Shown in pieces: positions 58,221-64,000 of a stretch of DNA of 64,000 nt. How positions within the stretch are numbered: the first letter of the stretch is position 1; each line of letters opens with the position of its first letter. The stretch is from Longimicrobiales bacterium (lineage in GTDB: Bacteria; Gemmatimonadota; Gemmatimonadetes; Longimicrobiales; Gaopeijiaceae). The stretch is from positions 736,001 through 800,000 of the forward strand of contig CAXXKM010000003.1 of NCBI GenBank assembly GCA_963664435.2, in the 5' to 3' direction. A program made the position numbers and the translations under genes. The notes under the pieces were generated by a model. That model was not told the origin of the DNA. It made no database searches and saw nothing but the letters and a program-made list of their open reading frames with translations.

Positions 58221-59363
58221 CTAGTTGAGGTGGCGCGCCATCTCCAGCAACTCGTCGTTGCTCCGGGTCCGTCCCATCAGCCCGAGCAGCTCGGTCATCG
58301 CTTCCGCCGGAGGCTTGTGCGACAGCTGGCGGCGGAAGGCCCGCGAGAGGGTGAGCGCCTCGGGCGAGAGCAGGAGCTCCTCGCGCCGGGTGGCCGAGGC
58401 CACGAGGTCGATGGCCGGGAAGACGCGCCGGTCGGCCAACTCGCGGGAAAGCAGCAGTTCGCTGTTGCCCGTGCCCTTGAACTCCTCGAAGATGACCTGA
58501 TCCATGCGTGATCCGGTGTCCACAAGCGCGGTCGCGACGATGGTCAGCGACCCTCCGCCCTGCGCGTCGCCGATGTTGCGCGCGCTGCCCAGGAACCGCT
58601 TCGGCTTCTCCATGACGCTGGCGTCCAGGCCGCCCGAGAGCGTGCGCCCGCTCCCCTCCTCAACGTTGTTGTGGGCGCGGGCGAGGCGCGTGATGGAGTC
58701 GAGGATCACCACCACGTCCTGACCCATCTCGACCCGCCGGCGCGCGCGCTCCATGGTGATCTCGGCAACGGCCACGTGGCGGTCGGGCGGATAGTCGAAG
58801 CTCGATGCGATGACCTCGCCGTACCCGCACATCTCCATCTCGGTGATCTCTTCCGGCCGCTCGTCGACCAGCAGGATGAAGAGATGGCAGCCCGGATGGT
58901 TGGTGACCACGCCCTGCGCCACGCGCTGGAGGATGGTCGTCTTCCCCGCCTTCGCCGGAGCCACGATCATCGCCCGCTGTCCCTTGCCGAAGGGGCAGAA
59001 GAGGTCGATGACGCGATTGGTGAAGTCGGGCTGTCCGAGGTGCGTGATGTCGCACTCGAGCTTGAGCTGGTTCCTGGGGTGGAGCGCGCTCAGGCGCATG
59101 AACTCGGGGCGGTCGCGCAGGGAGTCGGGCGGCTCGCCGTTGACCGTGACGACCCGCGTGAGCGGGGGCGCCTTGCCGTTGCGGGGCCGGTTGCCGACAT
59201 CGCCGGCGATCTCGTCTCCGGTGCGCAGTCCGAAGCGCCGGATGACCTTGGGCCCGACGTACACGTCCTGCTTGGAAGCGGTGTAGCCGAACTTGCGCAG
59301 ACGGATGAATCCGGATCCGCTGCCGAGGACCTGAAGAATACCTAGGGGTTGCCTGTCCGACAC
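58221..59363 (-). CDS. rho: Transcription termination factor Rho, short form
   Basis: PFGKGQR, APAKAGKT, DERPEE, DSITRLARA, FEEFKGTGN, SATRREELL; GTG start at 59363 inferred. Confidence 0.92.
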   Translation of the reverse strand: MSDRQPLGILQVLGSGSGFIRLRKFGYTASKQDVYVGPKVIRRFGLRTGDEIAGDVGNRPRNGKAPPLTRVVTVNGEPPDSLRDRPEFMRLSALHPRNQLKLECDITHLGQPDFTNRVIDLFCPFGKGQRAMIVAPAKAGKTTILQRVAQGVVTNHPGCHLFILLVDERPEEITEMEMCGYGEVIASSFDYPPDRHVAVAEITMERARRRVEMGQDVVVILDSITRLARAHNNVEEGSGRTLSGGLDASVMEKPKRFLGSARNIGDAQGGGSLTIVATALVDTGSRMDQVIFEEFKGTGNSELLLSRELADRRVFPAIDLVASATRREELLLSPEALTLSRAFRRQLSHKPPAEAMTELLGLMGRTRSNDELLEMARHLN

Positions 59364-59486
59364 GATACAGGTAGGGGGTTGCCGGTGCGACGGGCTCTCG
59401 CGGCCCCTGAAGCGCGACCGCGAAACGGAGATACTTCGATACTGCTCCCCTACAGATTGGACAAGGTGCCGCGCGCGCACAAGTGC

Positions 59487-59523
59487 AACCGGCGCCGGAA
59501 CGCTTCCGCGCCCGGCGCCGGTT
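59487..59523. other. Perfect 12-bp inverted repeat / hairpin between the PDZ gene and rho
   Basis: AACCGGCGCCGG ... CCGGCGCCGGTT; no clear U-tract. Confidence 0.6.
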
Positions 59524-59557
59524 CCCCGCCCCGCCACCCTTCCACCCCCGCAACAGA

Positions 59558-60679
59558 CTACAGGCTCATGCCCCTCCACGGCCGGCGGCCGCGGTCCGAC
59601 GTGCGCCAGAAAACCCCGCGCCCGGGCGCTGCGCGCCTGACGGACATCCTCCGCCCCACCGGGCCCGCGGGCGCCCCGCGCACGCCTCCGCCGCGCCGCA
59701 GGCGCGCCTGGTCCTCGACCGCTCCGCTGACCTGGATCTCGCCGCCGTCGCGCATGATCGTGAGCGTCATGGCCTCGCCCTCCTCGTAGGAGCGCAGGAT
59801 GCGGCGCACGTCGCCCGCCGAGTCAATGGTGCGGCCATCGATGGCGAGGACCACGTCGCCGGCCTCGAGCCCGAGGGGGTTGTCCTCGTCGGCTTCCGTG
59901 ACCAGCGCGCCGCTCTCGGCGTTGAAGTAACGGCCCAGCCCGGCGTTCAGCGTCACCAGGCTGATGCCGTGCGACGCCCGCAGCCCCATCACCGCGATCG
60001 CCGAGCCTCCCTCCGGGAACCAGGCGTAGTCGTCCCACTGCTCGCGCATCTGCTCCGCAACCTCGCGCGCCCGCTCGCCGGCCTCCTGGCTGCGCACCCG
60101 CACTTCCTCCATGCGGGCCCGGGCCTGGTCCATCACTTCCTCCATGCGATCGGCGTCGAACCCCGACATCACCCATCCCCCGGAACTGCGGACCTCGACC
60201 GTGGCCGTCGCGGCTTCACCGTCGCGCAGATACTCGACGGTAACCTCCTCGCCCGGCTCGAGTTCACGCGCCAGCAGCATCAGCCGCTGACCGGGCAGGG
60301 AACGGTCAGGGTCGACCCGCTCCTCCAGATCGGAATCGGCGAGCGGCTCGAGCAGGTTCTGGCCGTTGAGGGAAGTAATGACGTCACCCTCCTGGATGCC
60401 TGCCTCATCGGCCGGGCCGCTGTCGGTAACCCCCTGCACCTCCACGCCCTGCGCGTCCTCGTCGGGCGGGGACACGCTGAGTCGGATTCCGAGCATCGCG
60501 CGCGGGGTCATGATCCCGCGAACTCGAAAGGCACGGTCTCCCCGGTCCCGGTCCCGGTTGCGCTCCTGCGCCTCCAGCACCGCCGGCGCCGTCAGGGCGA
60601 TCAGCAGTCCCGCCATCCAGAATGCCGCGCCGATCCGTTTCGTTCGCCCGCTTCCCGTCTTCCGCTTCTTCCTCAACAT
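59558..60679 (-). CDS. Secreted protein with two PDZ domains
   Basis: Signal peptide, GPADEAGIQEGDVITSLNG, GLEAGDVVLAIDG. Confidence 0.85.
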   Translation of the reverse strand: MLRKKRKTGSGRTKRIGAAFWMAGLLIALTAPAVLEAQERNRDRDRGDRAFRVRGIMTPRAMLGIRLSVSPPDEDAQGVEVQGVTDSGPADEAGIQEGDVITSLNGQNLLEPLADSDLEERVDPDRSLPGQRLMLLARELEPGEEVTVEYLRDGEAATATVEVRSSGGWVMSGFDADRMEEVMDQARARMEEVRVRSQEAGERAREVAEQMREQWDDYAWFPEGGSAIAVMGLRASHGISLVTLNAGLGRYFNAESGALVTEADEDNPLGLEAGDVVLAIDGRTIDSAGDVRRILRSYEEGEAMTLTIMRDGGEIQVSGAVEDQARLRRGGGVRGAPAGPVGRRMSVRRAAPGRGVFWRTSDRGRRPWRGMSL

Positions 60680-60857
60680 GCGATCCTCCTCGTTTGCCCC
60701 GTATCGTCGTCGTCCTCGATGGGAGCGCGGTGGCCGGAAACCTCGACCGGCCGCTCGCCCGCGCCATCAGACCATCAGACGCGAAGGCGGGCGGGAGGGT
60801 TGCAAGCGGCGGGGGTGCCGGGGTGATGCTTCCGGCCGGACCGCGGGCTCCGGCAGC

Positions 60858-60899
60858 CCGACTGCTATTGCGGGAGCGCCGACTGTTATTGCGGGAGCG
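60858..60899. repeat. 21-bp tandem duplication spanning the PQQ dehydrogenase stop codon
   Basis: CCGACTG(C/T)TATTGCGGGAGCG x2. Confidence 0.85.
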
Positions 60900-62910
60900 C
60901 GAGCGCCACCAGTTCGGCCGCGTGGCCGCGGTCGCCCACCGCCACCACGATGAACTGGCGTCCGTCGGCCAGGTAGGTCATCGGGACGCCGGTCTGGTTG
61001 GCGGGAAGCTCGAACTCGTGCACGATCTCGCCGGTCGCCTTGTCATGGGCGCGCAGCTTGTTGCCGCCCGACCCGAAGGCCGCGAACATCCCGCCCCCCT
61101 CCCCGGCGAAGAGCAGGCTCCGGGTCACCATGGTGCCGCCCCGGTCTGGCTTCCCCGTGGGTGGAATGTCCACGCCGGCCAGCGCCGGGTGCTCGCGCAC
61201 GTAGTCGGGGGTGTCGCCGTTGGGCCTCATCCACACATGGTCGCCGGTGTTCAGGTCGATGGCCGTGATGCGCCCCCACGGCGGCTTGATCAGCGGCAGC
61301 CCCTGCGGACCGCCGCCCCGCACCCGGCGGAAGGCGCGCCCGGAGATATAGTCCATGCTGGAGATCTCCGGGTCGTTGATGAGCCCGTGCACCGACGGAG
61401 ACGTGACGGAGGTGACGTACAGGATGCCGGTCTCCGCGTCGACCGAGCCGCCCGGCCAGTTGGCGCCGCCCAGCGACCCGGGCAGAACCAGCGTGCCCAG
61501 GGTGCCGTTCGGGTCGTCCAGATCGATGACCGAGGGCGGGGTGTAGAGCGGCCCGATCACCAGCCGCGAGACCATGTCCAGCGCCTCGGCGCGCAACTCG
61601 GGGGTGAAGTCGATGAGGTCGTCCACCGATACGCCCTGGCGGTCGAAGGGCGCGGGGCGGGTGGGGAACGGCTGGGTGGGCGCGGTCCACTCGCCGGGCA
61701 CGTCGCTGGGCGCGACCGGCCGCTCCTCTATGGGCCAGACCGGCTCGCCCGTGTAGCGGTCGAAGACGTAGGTGAACGCCTGCTTGGTGACCTGCGCCAC
61801 CGCCGGGATGGTGCGCCCGTCCACGTTGATGTCGAGCAGGATGGGGGGGGCGGGCGGGTCGTAGTCCCAGATGCCGTGATGGACCATCTGGAAGTGCCAC
61901 ACCCGCTCGCCGGTGCGCGCGTCGAGGCACACCAGGCTCTGGGAAAAGAGGTTGTCGCCGGGGTGGTGGCCGCCGTAGTAGTCGCCCGTAGGGGCTTCGA
62001 TGGGCAGGTAGACGTAGCCGCGCTCCAGGTCCGCCGAGAAGGGCGTCCAGACGGCCGCGTTGCCGGTGGAGCTCCAGGACCCGTTCAGCCAGGTGTCGTT
62101 GCCGAACTCGCCCTCCTGGGGGATCGTGTGGAAGATCCACAGGCGCTCGCCCGTGCGCACGTCGTAGCCGCGCACATGGCCGGGCGGCATGTCGGGCTTC
62201 GGGGGCGAGCTTCCGGACGGCAGCGCGGTCCCCACCACCGCCACGTCGCCCACGATCACCGGCGGGGAGCTCGAACCGAGCGGGTCGTTGTCGATGTCGA
62301 CCTCGCGGGGGCCGAAGTCCCTGCGCAGATCGACGACCCCGTCCTGGCCGAAGGCGGGGTCCGGCCGTCCGGTCTTCGCATCCAGCGAGACCATGTGGTA
62401 GGCCGGGGTGATCACGAGGACGCGCTCCGCCTGGCCGTCGGTCCAGTAGGCGACCCCGCGTCCGGAGTTGGCGCGCGGCGCGGTCTCGGCGCGCACACCC
62501 TCGTCCATGCGATACATCCACAGGGTCTCGCCGGTGGCCCCGTCGATGGCGACCACCGCCCGCCGGTAGCCCGCGGTGACGTAGAGGGTGCCGTTCACCG
62601 CGAGCGGGGTTACCCGGTAGTTGAACTCGGGTCGGTCGCCGAAGTTGCGCGACTCCCAGCGCCACGCGATCTCCAGGTCGGCGACGTTGTCCGCTGCGAT
62701 CTGGTCGAGCGGCGAGTACTTGGTGCTCCCCGCGTCACCCCCGTAGTAGAGCCAGTTGCCCTCGGCCGCCCCCTGCTGCGCAACGAGTTCCGGCCCGGTG
62801 GCCGGTGCTGCCAGCACCGCGGCGGCGAAGATCGCTCCGGCGGCGAGGATGCGGAGGGGGGAGGGGGATCGGCGGGAGCTGCATCGACTACGATTCACGG
62901 CTTCGTGCAT
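60886..62910 (-). CDS. PQQ-dependent (glucose/quinate-type) dehydrogenase
   Basis: YGGD...KYSPLDQI, RGVAYW, WHFQMVHHGIWDYD, GGANW, KPPWG; GGAG RBS before ATG 62910. Confidence 0.92.
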   Translation of the reverse strand: MHEAVNRSRCSSRRSPSPLRILAAGAIFAAAVLAAPATGPELVAQQGAAEGNWLYYGGDAGSTKYSPLDQIAADNVADLEIAWRWESRNFGDRPEFNYRVTPLAVNGTLYVTAGYRRAVVAIDGATGETLWMYRMDEGVRAETAPRANSGRGVAYWTDGQAERVLVITPAYHMVSLDAKTGRPDPAFGQDGVVDLRRDFGPREVDIDNDPLGSSSPPVIVGDVAVVGTALPSGSSPPKPDMPPGHVRGYDVRTGERLWIFHTIPQEGEFGNDTWLNGSWSSTGNAAVWTPFSADLERGYVYLPIEAPTGDYYGGHHPGDNLFSQSLVCLDARTGERVWHFQMVHHGIWDYDPPAPPILLDINVDGRTIPAVAQVTKQAFTYVFDRYTGEPVWPIEERPVAPSDVPGEWTAPTQPFPTRPAPFDRQGVSVDDLIDFTPELRAEALDMVSRLVIGPLYTPPSVIDLDDPNGTLGTLVLPGSLGGANWPGGSVDAETGILYVTSVTSPSVHGLINDPEISSMDYISGRAFRRVRGGGPQGLPLIKPPWGRITAIDLNTGDHVWMRPNGDTPDYVREHPALAGVDIPPTGKPDRGGTMVTRSLLFAGEGGGMFAAFGSGGNKLRAHDKATGEIVHEFELPANQTGVPMTYLADGRQFIVVAVGDRGHAAELVALALPQ

Positions 62911-63007
62911 CGGGGACTCCTGGCTGCGGGTACGGGCCACCGTCGGGCGCGCGGGCGCATGCCAGCGAATGTCGTTCACGGACGACTACTTCACAACTCC
63001 CCGATGC

Positions 63008-63457
63008 TCACATCGAGTGCCTCTTGAAGGACCACGACGAGCGACCTGACCGACTCTCGTCCGGTGCGGGCTGCGGCTCGTCGGCATCGAGCCGCGCAGG
63101 ATCGGTCTCATCGACCGCGGGAAACGCCTCGAGGGCCGCGGTGCGGGACTCGTGGACCGGAATGATCTTGTCGAAGCCGCTCAGCGACACGACCGAGAGG
63201 ATCGGTCCCGACAATCCGCACATGGCAATCGTCTGGTCGGCTTGCCTGAACTTCCTGGCGACCATCAGAATGACGCTCAGTCCCGCGCTGCTCATGTAGG
63301 AAAGATGCTGAAGATCGAGCAGCAAGGCCTTTTCCCCCGGCGGGATCCCCGACTCCATCGCCGCACGGAAGTCCGCGCTGTTTGCGCTGTCGACCCGCCC
63401 CGCAGGCACCGCAATCAGCACACCGGCCACTCTCTCCCAGCCAACCTTCAGATCCAT
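63008..63457 (-). CDS. STAS domain anti-sigma factor antagonist
   Basis: GRVDSAN, LLDLQHLSYMSSAGL, SGFDKI. Confidence 0.88.
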   Translation of the reverse strand: MDLKVGWERVAGVLIAVPAGRVDSANSADFRAAMESGIPPGEKALLLDLQHLSYMSSAGLSVILMVARKFRQADQTIAMCGLSGPILSVVSLSGFDKIIPVHESRTAALEAFPAVDETDPARLDADEPQPAPDESRSGRSSWSFKRHSM

Positions 63458-63826
63458 GGATTCCCTCAAGGTTGCGGTGAGGCGGAAGCGGAGCTGTTGA
63501 CGAGATGGGTCCCGGCCCGCTGCGGCGGCGCCAACGCGCGGGCCCTTCTGCAGATCTCGCTCAGCGGGCACAAAACTGATGGCCCGGTCGCCCGGTGTCA
63601 ACAAGAATCATGCTCGCCCCCTCAACCGCGTTGGGGGCATATCCGACAGGTAGGATCAAACCGCGGATCCAACCCGATTGCGAGGTTGAACGGGTCGAGG
63701 AACGGTGATATGATCCCGGCGCAAAGGTAACATGCGGCGGATGAACGCCGTCAGGATGCTCTTGGCTAATGTGACAGATCGAATCAGTGAGGGACGCCCG
63801 CTGCGGGTGCGGGAGACAGGGCGCAC

Positions 63827-64000
63827 TTGAGCGAGCGAGGCGTCTCCCGCTGGCTCTCCTCCCTTGAATCGGAAGCCATCGAGATCATCCGCGAGGGGAT
63901 CGCGGGCGCCGCCCGACCCGTCATGCTCTACTCGATGGGCAAGGACTCGTCGGTTCTGCTCCACCTGGCCCGCAAGGCGTTCTGGCCCGCGCCGCCCCCC
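63827..64000 (+). CDS. cysD: Sulfate adenylyltransferase subunit 2 (5' part; runs off the window)
   Basis: Manual translation from TTG 63827 gives ...[11 protein letters not shown]...[24 protein letters not shown]. Not in the ORF track. Confidence 0.9.
   Translation, partial: MSERGVSRWLSSLESEAIEIIREGIAGAARPVMLYSMGKDSSVLLHLARKAFWPAPPP

Noticed and set aside
63458..63826. SAM or other riboswitch upstream of cysD
   Set aside because: No recognisable SAM-I or other consensus could be seen by eye; an Rfam scan would be needed.

Overview
GC-rich bacterial chromosomal window. The gene content (many secreted S9 peptidases, PD40, VPS10 and LVIVD propellers, a PQQ dehydrogenase, DUF222-HNH, and a short Rho) suggests a Gemmatimonadota-like organism; this is inference only. 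From left to right it holds: a quinohemoprotein amine dehydrogenase (qhp) locus (partial qhpC missed by the ORF track, qhpD, qhpA, a frameshifted qhpG-like oxygenase, and an Ig/LVIVD propeller), split by an opposite-strand RHH/SRPBCC insert and an FGE-domain remnant; rpe-rpiA-aldolase/aroF; argGH; trxC; and a plug-reduced TonB-receptor-like gene. Next come ergothioneine genes (egtC, then egtB-egtD divergent from a betaine-class ABC importer), an unannotated CxxU SelW/Rdx selenoprotein with a candidate SECIS, a DUF222-HNH gene, arsI-sigZ, ybbP-ybbA/tesA, a short rho, STAS, and the start of cysD. The window has many short tandem duplications and many non-ATG starts, including two probable ATC starts. 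No rRNA, tRNA or CRISPR array was seen.
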